Part shown: piece after piece, positions 36,863 through 50,349 of the stretch
Layout of the letters: each line of letters begins with the position of its first letter
Position numbering within the stretch: position 1 is the stretch's first letter
Origin: Chara braunii
Taxonomy: Eukaryota > Plantae > Charophyceae
Direction of reading: 5' to 3'
Assembly: GCA_003427395.1 (NCBI GenBank)
Contig: BFEA01000007.1
Span: forward strand, 2,264,850 to 2,328,849
Length of the DNA stretch: 64,000 nt
Notes under the pieces: generated by a model
What the model was told of the DNA's origin: nothing
Database searches by the model: none
What the model saw: only the letters and a program-made list of their open reading frames with translations
Translations under genes and position numbers: made by a program

Positions 36863-38906
36863 GAATTTCATGAAAATTTCCGGAAATCGAAGAGATGGCA
36901 GAAGAGATAAGGATGAGTTCGTAATACAACATGGAAGATTTCTTGACGTGTTTTCAAAATTAAAAGAAAATCAAAAGGAATTCGAAATCAAAATAGAAAA
37001 CTAATTCTGAAATTCAGACTTTACGATGGAATAAAACCAAGAATTAACTGGAAGCCGAGTAGAAATGAATTGAGAGAAATTTGAAAATTATTGAAGGTCA
37101 AATCAGAAAATTGTGAACGTATTTCAAGATGGAGAAAGATTTCACAGTAATTTCAAAAGAATTTTGAAAGAATGTGCAGAATTGCAAAATTTTATGGGGG
37201 AAATAAAACAGGAGTTACTTTGAATTCAGAAGAATTGAATTTGATGAATTTCTGAAAAATAAATTGAATTCTGAAAATAAATAACGAAAAGAATGGACAC
37301 AATAAAGAATTTTATATAACTTTCAAACAAAGATGCCAGAATTAATTTCAGTTCCCGGCGTTGGTAGAAAAGAGGATGAGAAATAATCCTATTGAGTTAA
37401 GAGGGAAATTTTGCAGGATAGGATTGGCAGAATTGCCAGACGAGCAAAATTGAGAAAACACACATGTCATGCGCATTCGGAATTTTAGATGGTGCGACCG
37501 ATTAGGAAGAATGCTAGAGGAGAGAAGGGGGAATGGGGGGAAGGAAGAAAATGACGAGAAAGATGAGAACTTCGAGAGGTCCTTCCTCCTAGTCGAGGAA
37601 GGTCTTCAGTTAACCCCTGAAGGGTCTTCTCGTTCGTTCCCCCAGTGAAACGACGAGGTCACCAGAAAAAGCATGCAGATGATGTCGCCAATGATGATGA
37701 TGATGATCTTTGTTGATGATGATGACAACGTAGATGATGCTTGGTGATGCTGATGAAGGAGATGAGATCAATCTCAACTGTTGTGGAGAGAGATGGGCAG
37801 GAGAGATCTCGTCAAGTCATTCATGAGCGTCACTGATTGGATGACACAGATTGATGATGATGAGGATGGTGACGCCTATCAGGTTGATCCAACTTGATGG
37901 TGGTGGTGTCCACGCGGGCAAAGCACAATTCACGTTTCGCGTTGGTGGATGAACAGCCCAACACTTCGTGAGTACTACTTCGTAATGAGATGAAGAGCCG
38001 ACATTGAAGAATCAAAAGCAACGTAACTGTGAACGCTTGGCTGGTATACGCCACTTATCGCCGTGTATCCGAAGGAAGGAACACAACACCTCTAGCTTGA
38101 AGTCCTGAAACGCTAGAGGGTCGATAAGACATGTTTTCAAAGTTTGTATTGGTACACGAAACGAAAGTCAGATGAGCGTTTGGCCTTCTGCTGCACGCTC
38201 CAATGCCGTGCGTGTGGGGCACGGGTGAGAACACGCGCTCGGTCTTCTTCGCAGTGGCACTTTCCCCTCCCTCCCAGATCGCCCGCAATTGCGATCGCGT
38301 TGCCCTCCCCCGCTGGCATTCCCCGCCACGCACGCACCCGCCCAGATCCTAGTCCCGCTGCACTCCCGATTGACCTGTCCCCCCATTCCATTCGGACACT
38401 GAACGGGACACCTTCTCCAAGGGTGGTTTTGCTGCCGTGGGAAGGTGAAACAGGTGGGGGCAAGCGGAAGTGGAGGGCACAATTGCGGGGGAAGAAGCAC
38501 CACAGAGCGAGCAGGAATGCGCGTGGGGAGATGCGAGCGGATTGCGTAGTTGAGGGGAGGTCGGAATCAAGCGGGGAATCGGGATCGGGACGTGAGGGCG
38601 CAGTTGGGTGTCGGGGGAAACACAGTTGGGGTGAAAGATGACGGGAGGGGGGAGATCTGGATTGGAAGCGGGAGGGTGCGAAGGTTAGGGGAGGGGGGGA
38701 AATCGAGCTGGGAGAGGCAGATAGGGAGCGGGGACAGAAGTGGGGGAAAAGGGGGAAGGGGAGGGATATGCGATTGCGCGTGGTGGGGGGAAACGCGGCG
38801 AAGTAAGCTGACGTGGCCGCTGCCGCCGTAGGGATTTCGATTGTGAGTGGGGGGGGGGGGGGGGGGGCCGCTGCCGGGGGAGGGGGGGGGGAGGGGGATC
38901 TAAGGA

Positions 38907-38940
38907 CTGTCTCTTATACACATCTAGATGTGTATAAGAG
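38907..38940. other. Nextera mate-pair junction adapter (assembly contamination)
   Basis: CTGTCTCTTATACACATCT followed by AGATGTGTATAAGAG, i.e. back-to-back Tn5 mosaic ends. Confidence 0.98.
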
Positions 38941-39488
38941 TTGGAGGAGGAGGAGGAGGAGGAGGAGTGGGAGGGGGCCGAAGTAATTGGTCACCCGATC
39001 ACTCTGCCGTCCCTCCCTACTCTTTTTTCAATCAATCAATCAATCAATCAATCGATCAAAGATCCCATCGAATCGATTGATTTGATAGGATCGATAGGAT
39101 CTTGACAAGTCAAGATCCTATCGAATCAGTCGATTCGATGGGATCTTCGATCAATTGATTGATTGATTGATTGATCGGATTAAAAAAAAAAAAAAGCGGG
39201 GGAGGAGGAGACGTTATCGATTCGGTGACAATGGGGAGGAGAACGACGAGTAGGGGGACAGGGATTGGTGGGACGAGGAGGAAGAAGAAGAAGCAGGGGA
39301 GGAGGAGGCCGTGGCGATGAAGAACGACGACGAGAAAGATGAAGAGGAGGACGAGGAGGAGGACGACGAAGGAGGAGGAGGCCCCGACGGGGGTGAAGGA
39401 GGGAGAAGTGGCGGCAGCGGCGGTGGCAACGGGGGAGGAGGTGGCCCCGACGATGGTGGAGGAGGAGATGACGATGGGACAGGGATTG
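38941..39488 (+). repeat. Apparently exact copy of 35681-36228 (probable chimeric artefact)
   Basis: Begins immediately after the adapter, and both copies end at GGATTG followed by a single N. Confidence 0.9.
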
Positions 39489-40539
39489 NGGGCCGGCTGA
39501 CGCGGGCTGGCGGTCTGGGCGCCGAGCGGCGCGGAGATCGGCGCCAGCGCCGTCAGCAGCAGGAGCAGCCTCGCGGTGGCGCGGATCGGCGAGAGGGGGG
39601 GGAGGGGGGCAGCGCACGTGCACACGGCGGAAGCGATCAGAATGGGAGGGGGGGGGAGGGGGGGTAAAAAGACAAGTTGGGTGAGGTAAAGGAGTTGATC
39701 AGATTTGAGCAGGAAGGGGAGGAAGTCGGGTGCACAGGGGAAACCGGGATCGGGATAAGGGTCCAGGTCAGGGTGAGGATAATGTGCAGGCAGAACGAGG
39801 CGGCGGAGTGCACCGGAAGAGGGACTCAAGGCGGGGAGTGGGCATGGAGTCGGGAGGAAGAGAGGATCCGGATAGCGAAGTGGGTGGGCAGGTTGGAATG
39901 CAGTGGAAACGATACACCTGGTCGCGGAGTTGCCCAGGTGCATGCACATTGTGGCACCGGTATCCTCACGGAAGACTGCAGGCGCATGAAGACTAATCCG
40001 TCACAGAGCTTGTCGTTGCTGAATCCGAGCTGAAAGAGGGCCAACTTGAAGCTCACACTGAGTGGAGCACGCCGTGGAAATGCCGGAGCCGTCAAGTTGG
40101 CCGCTTGGATGAGGGCCGTTGAAGTCGGTGGGGAAGTAGGAGTGTTTGCTAAACGAATGGCATAATCCTCTGGCCAACGGTGGAGAAGCCACGTGTGAGG
40201 GGTTCGGTGGGAGGGAGCAGGTTTGAGGTAGACCCGCTCCGATCCCAGTGTGACGCAACCAGGTGCACGTGCGGAGACGGAGATGAGAGAGAAGGAGAGA
40301 GGTGGCCACACGTGAAGGCAGCAGCTGAACGGGGGATCGTCCCGACAAGAGAATCGAACCAACGAAAAAGCCCCCGACCTGGGCCTAGGCCGAAGTGATA
40401 TACCGCCCTAGGTCCAGGTACTCGGAAAACCACTGGTACTGGACCAGAATCAGGCCGACGGCCCGCCTAACTGCCGGTCCACAGGGATACCGCTACACTC
40501 GTGAGAACTCGTTAGGCAGCTGATCTTCAACTTCATAGC

Positions 40540-41060
40540 GGGTTTGAAACACAGGCGGCTGTTCAAATACAGAATGGGGCTCGAGTACAAGCAGCTGTTC
40601 AAATACCCAGCGGAATTTCGAATACAGGCAGTTGTTCCAACACAGAGCGGGATCTGAATACAGACAGCTATTCCAATACAGAATCTGAATACAGCCGACT
40701 GCTCAAATACGGCGTGTGTTCAAGTGCGGAGCCGGGTTTGAATACAAGTACACAGGTCTACATAACACCAAGCGTCTGAAGACAGGTACACAGTTCTACA
40801 TAGAAGCAGCAAGCTCTCATAGCAGCATAATACGGGGATCCGAAGTTCTGTGAAGCAACAGGCAGCTCTACATGTGTAGCACGACTCCGCATAGCAACCT
40901 AGCCCCACAGCCATGTCTACATAGCATCTTAGCTCTTCATAGCAGCATGTTTTACATTGAGCGAACTTTACATAGCAGCCAAGTTCGACGAATCGGCCAG
41001 CTCAACGCATCCACATACCTCTACATAGCAGCACAGCAAGTACATAGCAACCAGAGCTAG
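40540..41060. repeat. Degenerate minisatellites (about 36-bp GAATACAG.CAGCTGTTCAAATAC units, then CATAGCAGCA motifs)
   Basis: About 5-6 units at 40545-40750 and multiple CATAGCA motifs at 40800-41050. Confidence 0.65.
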
Positions 41061-41249
41061 GTTTGTCCTTTCATTCTCTGCTGGGTTCTGCAGCCCCTGC
41101 TGTAACCACCCACTCTCTCTACCTGCCACGGGCAGAGCCACATGGGGCAGCTAACTCGTATAATGTATTGATATTACAGTAATTTAACATACATAATCTA
41201 TTGAAATGAAGACCAGGTCTCCTGTGAAGGTAGGTGGTTTAGGGAGAGA

Positions 41250-41490
41250 CCCGCCGAGTTCAAATCCTGAATGGTACGCACATTTAGCTATTGATAAACA
41301 GGTCATGCGCCCAAATCCTGAACAGCACACACACGGAGCCGTTGATAAACAGATCATGAATTGTAGGTGTTGGTAAATACACAGGTCATGAGTTATAGCC
41401 GTTGGTGAACAGGTAACAAGTCCAAATCGTACATGGTTAGACATGCCACTGTTGACAAACAGCTCATGGGTTCAAATCCCGATGACAAAC
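41250..41490. repeat. About 50-bp degenerate tandem repeat
   Basis: GC(C/T)RTTGATAAACAG.TCATG recurs at about 41287, 41338, 41398 and 41447, interleaved with CAAATCC. Confidence 0.6.
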
Positions 41491-41711
41491 GCATTACGTG
41501 CTGTCTGTCATCCCTTTCCACCTCTTTCTTCCCTTTCCCCTGTTTTCCTGCCGCGGCTTGCCTCCGCTTGTCTAAAAGTGACAGGGGAGCAGGAGTTGTG
41601 TACATGGGCGGGTCATGAACATGCGCAGGAATGGTGCGTGAACAGCGGCTATGCAAACTCACTTCTAGACACGATCAGATGGATTGGCTTCCACTTCCAT
41701 GTACGGGGTTA

Positions 41712-41810
<99 letters not shown>

Positions 41811-42161
41811 CCATACACAACTCTCTATCTACCGATTCTATTCCGCACGCTCGCGCGGTCATCGTGATTCATCGGATACAGGTTGTCGATCCGTGACTAC
41901 ATCCTCCTTGTGAGTCACGGTTCAACAATAGAGGGAGAACCTAATGATCACATTCACTAGAACCCCCTCCTTGTTGTATTCATCCTTCTTGTTTGTGAGG
42001 ATGAAGCCACGGTTCGACACAAACTGTATTGTTGCGAAAGATCCATTTCGACAAGCAGTCGCCTTCTCATCGCGATGGTGCTTCCTCTGTATGTTCGTCG
42101 CATAATCCAGTTGAAAAGCTCAACCTCAAACTCCCAAGGAAGATAAGCCAACCCGAGAGAG

Positions 42162-42204
<43 letters not shown>

Positions 42205-42701
42205 CAAGCAAGCGGCACGAGCGCATCACGGAGCGTATCACAGGCCCTCTCGAACGGCCGCGCGGACCACCCACCGCCTTCAGATCTACACGCCTAGGTA
42301 GGCTATCAGATGACCAACACATTTAATTGCGCCCTACAACCGCCCTCGCAGTACATCACAGTCTCTGGATCGGATGCTCAATCAAACCACAGCGAAGGGA
42401 ACTCCCAACGCACCTTAGAACGACACAGAAAGCTCACAATCACGGACCGCACCGAGAGGAAACACAGGACCGCACAGCGATAACCAGAGGCAGACGGACG
42501 TACGGACGGACAGACAGACAATAAACCAGCAGTAGCTCAACAAAGCATGTCTACAGCTAAAGAATAAGCATGTTCCTGGCATAGTGCTAAGAAAGCTACA
42601 TTGAACAAACTGAAGACTAACCAACGAAAATAACAAATGAAGTAGTACAGATCACTGCGCAACGTGACGGGAAAGATGGAACCGTCAAGCTTTTTACTCA
42701 C

Positions 42702-45046
42702 CTGCAGCGCGCCTCCGCCGAGAGGATGAGTCGGTGACACAATGGGCGGGTTATCCGACAGGGGAGAGATAGAAAGCCTAGCCATCGCTTTCGCCTCCAT
42801 CGAAAGAGAGAAATTAGAACCATGTGTCCGTGCAATAGAGGACGGCTCCTTCCCTGTCGTTCGCGGAGTAGACCGACTCGTCAAGGGACCTCCTCCTCCT
42901 CCTTCTACCCCTCCTCCCCCTCCCCCTCCCGCTCGGGGTGCCGCAGTTTCTGTGCCTGGAGATGTCCCCCCTCCCATGCATCCTACACCTTGATTGTCAT
43001 CGAATTCCATCAAGCGCAGTGGAGTCTGTTTCACAGGTGTTGATGCGAATGGGAGAGTAGGACTCACAGACAGCCCCGTCGTCACGGACCCCTCACTCCC
43101 TGATACGGATGTTGACGGCCCTACCCCTCCACCCCCAATCCCCCCAATTCCGATGATGGGGGGATGAACAGGGGTCCCGTTCGCCGATGAAGCCGGGTTG
43201 TCCCAATTATGATGATCTACGGTGGCCGGAGCGGAAGAGGGGCGAAAACTACTGGTAGGGGGGGAGTGGGCGGAGACCCCGCGCGAATAGCGGCGTCCCG
43301 CCGGCCCCCCTCCCCCGGTACCTCCACCTCCTTCCTCCCCCCGCCCACCTCGACCTGATCCAGGACTATCGTTCCCCCCGCTGCTGCTACTCCCCACGGG
43401 CGCCCCCTGGCCCCCCGTCCCGGGAACTGAAAGACGCGGGGAGCCCACCCCCGTTCCCATCGCTGTGGATGATGGGTCTCCCGTACTCAGAGAGCGCCTG
43501 AAAACCACCTCTCCCGCGCGTCGTCCGGAGGAGCGCGGTATACTCATCGGAGCTGTAGATGACCGCGGCCCCCGTCCGAACCCTCCTCCTCCCCTTTCCC
43601 CCCCCCCAACGCTCCCTTCCGCTGGCGATCCCGCTTGCGACGAAGGCGAGGAACCGGGCCAACCTCCGGAACCTCGCGGGGATACAATCTGCCCGTGTCC
43701 CGACGGGGATGTCCCGTCTTGAGACGATGACCTCGATGGCGAAGGAGGCTTTCCCGTGAAGCTGTAATTGCCATGGGAGGGGGAGGACGGCGACCCGACG
43801 TCCCCCGGCGGGCGAAAAGTGGGTAGGCGAGGCTTGGACAAGCGGCGCCCGGACGGTTGCTGTTGCGCTCCAGCGCCTCCACCTTCCCCTCGCGATACAG
43901 ACCCATCAGGTGATGGGTATGGCGACGACAAGACACCGACCCTCCCACCACTCGCAGGTCCATTCGAAGGCGGGGAGCAGTTGGACGCGGAGGGGCTCCC
44001 CACATAGTCCGGGATGATGCACGGCAAGATGGTAGGCGCCACTTCCAGCGCTGTCACCCCAGCTGAGTGTCGGTACGACACCGACAGGCATAGGCGCCCC
44101 ACTGGAGTATCCACAGGACTCAGCTTATGGACCTCCATGTCCGACGCGTCTGCTTCAGGGATAGGCGGCGCAGAAGACCGCACCCGGTAGGTCAATGAGA
44201 GCCCCCCAGGATGGTGGGCGTGTGATCTGGCGAGTCGCACGAGTCTGTGGGCGGGAAGAGTCCGAACGAGACAAAACAAGGACCTCAACATGATGACGGC
44301 TCTTTTATAAACCACCGGAATCTCCATCACGTGTGGCGGAACCACGCCGCTAGATGACGATCCTCCTCCCCCGAGCACACTACCTCCACCGCCACCTCCG
44401 CCGGACGTCCCCACTCTGGTCGCGGCGTTATATGCACTGGCGGTAAGAACACCCCCTCCCCTAGGGGTCAACGTGATGCCCCCCCGCCCACCGCCACCGC
44501 TAACCTCTCCCCCCCTTCCTCCAGAGGCCCCCGGCCCCCCCTCTCTCCTCTTCCGCTCACACTGTACTACCCATCTTTCGAGTAACGTACTACCAATCCG
44601 GCCGCCACCACCTCTACTACCTCTGTGGTCCTCCCTGCCAAAACTTGCTCTTCGATCCCCATAGCCTCCTCCTCCCCAATCAACGCCCGAACCAATAAAC
44701 GAGGACGACACGTCCATCGCCGCCGAGGACCTGTGCTCGAGAAATATGTCGATGATCATGGGTTCCAACTGGCTCCTTCGCCATGGATCGGCCTCCCGGC
44801 GGACGACTTCGGAAGGGTCAAGTTGGATGTTGAACCAGCTGTTTGCTGCATGCTTCGCAGCTGCTGCTGCTGCCCCCAGAGAAGATCCTGCAGCCTCAGC
44901 TACAGCTCCTGCTCGCTGATGAGAGGGCGCATTCGACAACCGTGAGATGGACCCGATCCGAGCGTCAATAATCACGTGTAGAACCCGCGAGAAAAACTCC
45001 GTCACAATCTGGTCCATGGCCCCGCTACCTTCTCCATGCCCCGCCA

Positions 45047-45047
<1 letters not shown>
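42702..45047 (-). CDS. ATG13: Autophagy-related protein 13, first coding exon (HORMA domain plus Gly/Ser/Pro-rich disordered region)
   Basis: Plant ATG13 HORMA motifs DQIVTEFFSRVLHVIIDAR, WFNIQL, PMIIDIFL, LLERWVV, YKRAVIMLRSL..VRTLPAHRL, PVDTPVGRLCLSVSYR and IIPDYVGSP. The frame is intact for 782 codons to a strong phase-0 donor CAG|GTGAGT at 42702/42701; read-through would stop at 42537. Confidence 0.92.
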
Positions 45048-45100
<53 letters not shown>

Positions 45101-47178
45101 NNNNNNNNNNNNNNNNNNNNNNNNNNNNNNNNNNNNNNNNNNNNNNNNNNNNNNNNNNNNNNNNNNNNNNNNNNNNNNNNNNNNNNNNNNNNNNNTGTGT
45201 GTATCACACGCCTGCTTGCTGTTTCACCCAATCTGAGCATATGCTTCTCCCTTTCTCCCAGTTTTTTTCTCTCTTATTCTCCCTCCGACCGAGGTAAACG
45301 ACAGCACAATCAATCCCCACCTATAAAAGGAGGCTATGTTGTTTTAACACAGGCACGGCGCACGTCATTTCCCAGATGGTGGATGGAAAGCACATCCCCC
45401 ATGGGCGGACGAGTAACAGACTCAAGTCCTAAAACTTGGTCTCCCAGAGGATTCTTCACCCGAAAAAATCAGGTCTTTACGACCACACTTCACCATGTCG
45501 TTTCTGTCTCCAGCCCCTTCGTCTTTCCTCCGCCATGGTCTCCCTCTTCAATCTCTTCGTTTTCCTGCGTCTTCTCCGCCTCCAACTGCTCTTCCTCATC
45601 CTCCTATCCACTACTCTCAGCTTCGGACTTATCAACAGACAATTAAAGTGAAGCACACTCGCTCACCATCTCCCCACTCGCCAATCGTCGGCTGATCGAG
45701 TATTGCCGCGATCAGCAACCGCGATTCTCTTCCGGGCAAACCACCAGATTGCAGCGCATGAACCCATTGATAATGATCAGGAATGTAGTGAGCATACCGA
45801 TAGATCCGTTCACGGAAAAAACGAGCGAGAAAGCGTCCTATCAGCAGTCATCACGCCCTGGTTCGGTTCCGAAGGATAGACAGCAAACTAAAGAAATTAA
45901 ATGAACAGACCAAAAATAATCATCAGTTCGACATCCGAATAACCAGTTGATGCATAATTACCCACATAATGACAGTCCTTATACTGCAACAACCGTGAAC
46001 GCAAAGGTAGATTCACAGTCAGCCTCTCTCCCACACAGACCCCCTCCTCACCATCCTCCGCGCCTAAACACCATCTTTTCCCTTTCCAACCATGCTACTC
46101 CGCAGACCCCCTCCCCTCCTCTCTCCTTACCCAGCCCGCCTCCCCACTAAATTTCCACTTCTTCACCACCCCGCCCTCCTCTCTCTCATGCCTCATCCCG
46201 ATTGCCCACGAATAGCACTTATTCACCGCCACGCGTGGACGATGACGTCCGTACATGTCATCGTTGCGCAGGGCCATGCCAATCTTCTCTATATGATGTC
46301 CCGAAGAACCCGCCCATACATGGCAAAACACCATGATGATTTTGGAATCTCGACGCGACAGGAGGCTTCGTTCCAGGTCCAGACCACCAGAGGCTACCAC
46401 TCTCCTACCTCCCAACCGGGTTCCGTGGTGCGAGCGACACAGTGGTAGGTTGTGATCGAGTCCTACAATGGAACGAGTCCCAGGAGCCGAAAAAGCGTCT
46501 GGATGCAGCTCCTGTGACTGAATGGCAGACCGTACACCCAGTAATTGTGCACGAGCAGACCAGAGTTCGATTCGGTAAGCAAAGTACGGCCTGGACCCAC
46601 TGCCCGGCGGCTGGAAACTGATGTTGGCCACAAAAAACGGCCAACAGTGGTTGGAAAGAACTTGCCGCGTTTCGTTGGGACCCCACCGCTGCCCTTGACT
46701 ATAGGCACTGGAAACGGATGGACAAGCCCGAATAGGAAATCCCCCCCGGGGTGTTTCCTGAAAAGGCAAGTCGGCCCGGGGCTGTGGTCCAGGCCCTTCT
46801 ATCGGCCTGCACCAGGACATGTCCGTGTGTGGCCGTACACGACCAGGTGTGGCAGGNGCCGCACAGGTACCGTGCAGCACACAACGGCCTCACAGGGTCC
46901 GCTCGGCCGGTGAGGCGCGACTATGCATGGAAATGACCGTTGGGAGCATCGGCGGATGTCCCCCCCTCCCACACTCCTCCCGTTGGTACCACTTTTCCCC
47001 GACGCGGACATCCATAGTGGGAGTGCAGTTACGAAGCAGTGACGGGAAGCCATAGCCGTCGACAAAGGAGGGGGGTTTGGCGAGGAGCACGGGTCCGCGA
47101 AGGGAGTCCGCTTGTGAAGTGGCAACGACAACTGTTGTGCAAGGGTCGACACAGTTCCCATCACGGTCACAGCGTGGT

Positions 47179-48646
47179 CATGTGTCCATCGGATGTTGGC
47201 AGTTCGGAGGACGAGTGGGAAGACATGATGTTCATGCTCGTTCTCCTCATGACGCAGTGGGTGAACAGGCGCAACGCTGCGTCCATGGCCCTGCTTGAAG
47301 CTATCGCCATCACCCCGTTCATGTTCCGGGATGTGTCGGGGGCGCTTACGATGCTCGCAAGGGGGGTGGTTCACGGCATGGCGTTGAGCTGCTTGGCGGA
47401 GCAGGAGTTGGGAAGACACATGCAACGGAGAAGGCGATTGTGGATGGTGGAGCGTAGCGGAGGTTTGTGGAAGGACCTTCAAAGGGTGGGTGTAGAGCAC
47501 GATAAGGTGTTTTTGCGGTTCTGCAGATTACTGCGACCACAGTTTTTGCAAGTTCTTAGGCGCATCGGGCCCCGTATCTAGCGTTCGCCTACCAATTTTC
47601 GGTTGCCTATACCAGTCGGGCAGAAGTTTGCTTGCGCACTCATCCGGTGGGCAACGAGTGGATACTACTGGCAATCCGCCCACGGTTTGGGTATGGGGCT
47701 TGCGAGGGCATTGAGAAGCAACGAGGACATCGCAGATGCTATCCTCCACGAGTACGTCCACCTCCTCTAATTCCCTACAGGACGTCGTTTGGAAAAAGTG
47801 TTAAATTCTTTCGAGACGAAGGGGTTCCGCGGATGTGTGGGGGCCATCGACTGCACATACATGTACATCGATAAGTCGAGGGGGACGCGGTCAGAGTGCT
47901 ACTATCATCACACTGGAGACTTCTCGATCGTCGCGCAGGTCGTGTGTGACAGCGAGTGCAGAATTGTCAGAGTGTATGTCACCTGCCCCGGGTCGGTGCA
48001 CGACTCGCGTGTATTGCGGATGTCGCCATTGTACCACAACACCATGGCAGGCAGAGGTGTGTTATGTGAGGGTGGAGCTATCATGCATGATGGAAGACAT
48101 GTCACTCGTTACGTGCTTGGCGACGCCAACTAACCCCTTCTCCCGTGGATCATGACACCTATGGGTAGATTCGCGAGAACTAATGCAGATCGGACATACG
48201 ACGAGTGTCACGTAGCGGTGAGATCTTGTATAGAGCGGATATTTGGACAATTGAAGAGCGTATGGAGGAATTTCATCCGCACTCAAATTGCGAACTTTGA
48301 AACCCTGCACAAGGAATTCATGGTTGTGTGTATACTACACAACCTCATGATTGAGCACAGGGTGGATATCGAGCCTGCACTGTTGAACCACAGCAGCGAC
48401 AGTGACGGGGAGGGTCCACCACGCAACCCCCGTTCCCGTCGACACCGCCGTCGGCGACTGCCACGTCATATTCCTGACCTCAACATTGAAGTCATGGTGG
48501 AGATTGATCCCAGTTATGGCTCCCACCTCAGAACGAGGGTCAGGGCTAGCTTGATTGATCATGTGATCATGTGGCCCATCATGTTAATGTTCATGGTGCA
48601 CCGGTGCCATGTCCGTGGCGATAGTGCATTGGGATTGCTGGGGTAG
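47179..48646 (+). pseudogene. Harbinger (HARBI1-like) DDE transposase, disrupted
   Basis: FLRFCRL..F, ALIRWATSG, GCVGAIDCTY, QVVCD, PGSVHDSRVL, YVLGD, RSCIERIFGQLK..W and CILHNL; stops at about 47580 and 48131 plus frameshifts. Confidence 0.92.
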
Positions 48647-48659
48647 ACCGCCGTTCACA

Positions 48660-49006
48660 TGTATATGTGTGCGTGTGTGTGTGTGTGTGTGTATGTGCGT
48701 GTGCGTGTGTGTGTTCGTGCGAACCTGTTCTACCGAACAACTGTGGTTTTTATTACGAAGAAGAAGATTCTGCAAAATCTCTTTCTCTCTCTCTATCTAT
48801 CTATCTATATATCTTTCTATATATCTGTCTATCTATCTATCTATCTATATATCTATCTATCTCTATCTCTCACGATTTGTCACCGCATTAACTTCACATA
48901 CCAATCGATGGAGTCATTTTTTTGAAATTGCAATTCATGCAATGATCGATAGAGTATATGGAAGATTGATCGATTGATCAATTGATCGCTTGATGAAATG
49001 TTTGAT

Positions 49007-49067
<61 letters not shown>

Positions 49068-49220
49068 TGTTGATTGATTGATTGATTGGATAATCGGTTA
49101 TATGATTGATTGATTAATTGATTGATTCATTGATTGATTGATTGATTTAGTAATTGAATGATTGATTGAATCATCGATTATATGATCGATTGATTAATTG
49201 CTTGCTTGCTTGCTTGAATG

Positions 49221-49263
<43 letters not shown>

Positions 49264-49435
49264 CAGTGATTCAGTGATTGAATAATTGAATGATTGAATG
49301 ATTGGATGATTTATTATATGATTGATTGATTAACTGATTGATTGATTGATTGATTGATTGGATTGCTGAAGGAGTGATTAAACGATTGGTTGACGAAATG
49401 AGTGGTTGATTGTTTGATGTCTATTGATCGATTGG
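48660..49435. repeat. Compound microsatellite (GT)n, (CTAT)n, (TGAT)n
   Basis: Read directly from the sequence. Confidence 0.92.
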
Positions 49436-49499
49436 TTGATTGTTATTTTTATTTGTGGATGCATTCGCGGCTTGGTATATGTATGAATATGTGTGTATA

Positions 49500-50261
49500 C
49501 AGGGTAACCGGCGTTCAGGACGGGCCGAATGCCCGAACCCGAACGCCCGAACGTCCTAGCCCCCCTATAGACACGTTTGCCCGTTCGGACTGAACGCGGA
49601 CAAAAAAAAAAAAAAAAAAAAAAAAAAGTCGTAAAAAAAATCTGAAACAAATATATGTTATGCAAACAGACAAACCGAATTACATTTGTCTCAGAGTTAC
49701 CTCCAAATTCGATACCAAATTCGAATTAAAAATAAATAACGAAAAATAAAAAATAATAATAGAAACAAAAAATTTGAAGAGAGAATTATAATCAATGTGC
49801 GGGCAGACACGTTTTAAACACCTCCATCTTTGAAGATTTTTTATTTTTTTTTTGATCAGTGAAATTCCCGGAAAATTCATAGGTGTGTATCTCACATGAT
49901 ACAAAACTCATTTAAAAAACATAAAAAAAAAAAAATAAAATTTAGGCCCCGAAACAAAGTGAAAACAAAAAGAGAAAAGAGAAAAAAAACAAAATAGTGA
50001 GTGGGTGAGCACGTTTTGACACCGACATCTTTGGCGATTTTTTATTTTTTTCTGGCTAAACAAAAGTATCTCAAAATTTAGAGGCATGTACGTCACATCA
50101 TAGAGAACTCACAAAAAAACTTTCAAGAAAAACTAATAATTTTTAGGCCCCGAAATAATTTTTGGCGGGGGGCCGAACCTCTTCAGGTTCGGCCCCAAAC
50201 GTGACCCTGAACGTACGGAGGTTGGCCCGGGGGCCTCCGTATGTACGGGCTGGTAACCCTG
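49500..50261 (+). mobile_element. Tc1/mariner-like MITE with CAGGGT ends in a TA context
   Basis: TA|CAGGGTAACCGGC ... GCTGGTAACCCTG; related copies at 61891 and 62558-63283. Confidence 0.85.
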
Positions 50262-50293
50262 TGTATATATGTATATATATATATATATATACA

Positions 50294-50349
50294 TTTGTTG
50301 TCCTCTTCTCCCTCTCTGCCTACGGTTTACCGGGCAGTTCTATTTGACG
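50294..50349 (+). mobile_element. 5'-truncated copy of the hammerhead-bearing short element (3' tail only)
   Basis: Identical to 63359-63414 and flanked by (TA)n on both sides. Confidence 0.85.

Noticed and set aside
38035-38066. Possible PBS (TGGCGTATACCAG on the minus strand) and LTR edge for the minus-strand Gypsy element
   Set aside because: No adjacent CA terminus, no tRNA I can match, and no second LTR to confirm it.
38907-38940. Tn5/IS50 ends as a bacterial transposon insertion
   Set aside because: The sequence is the synthetic mosaic end in the mate-pair junction arrangement.
42537-42701. ATG13 C-terminus as given by the ORF track
   Set aside because: It lies after a consensus GTGAGT donor where composition shifts to T-rich, so it is probably intron read-through.
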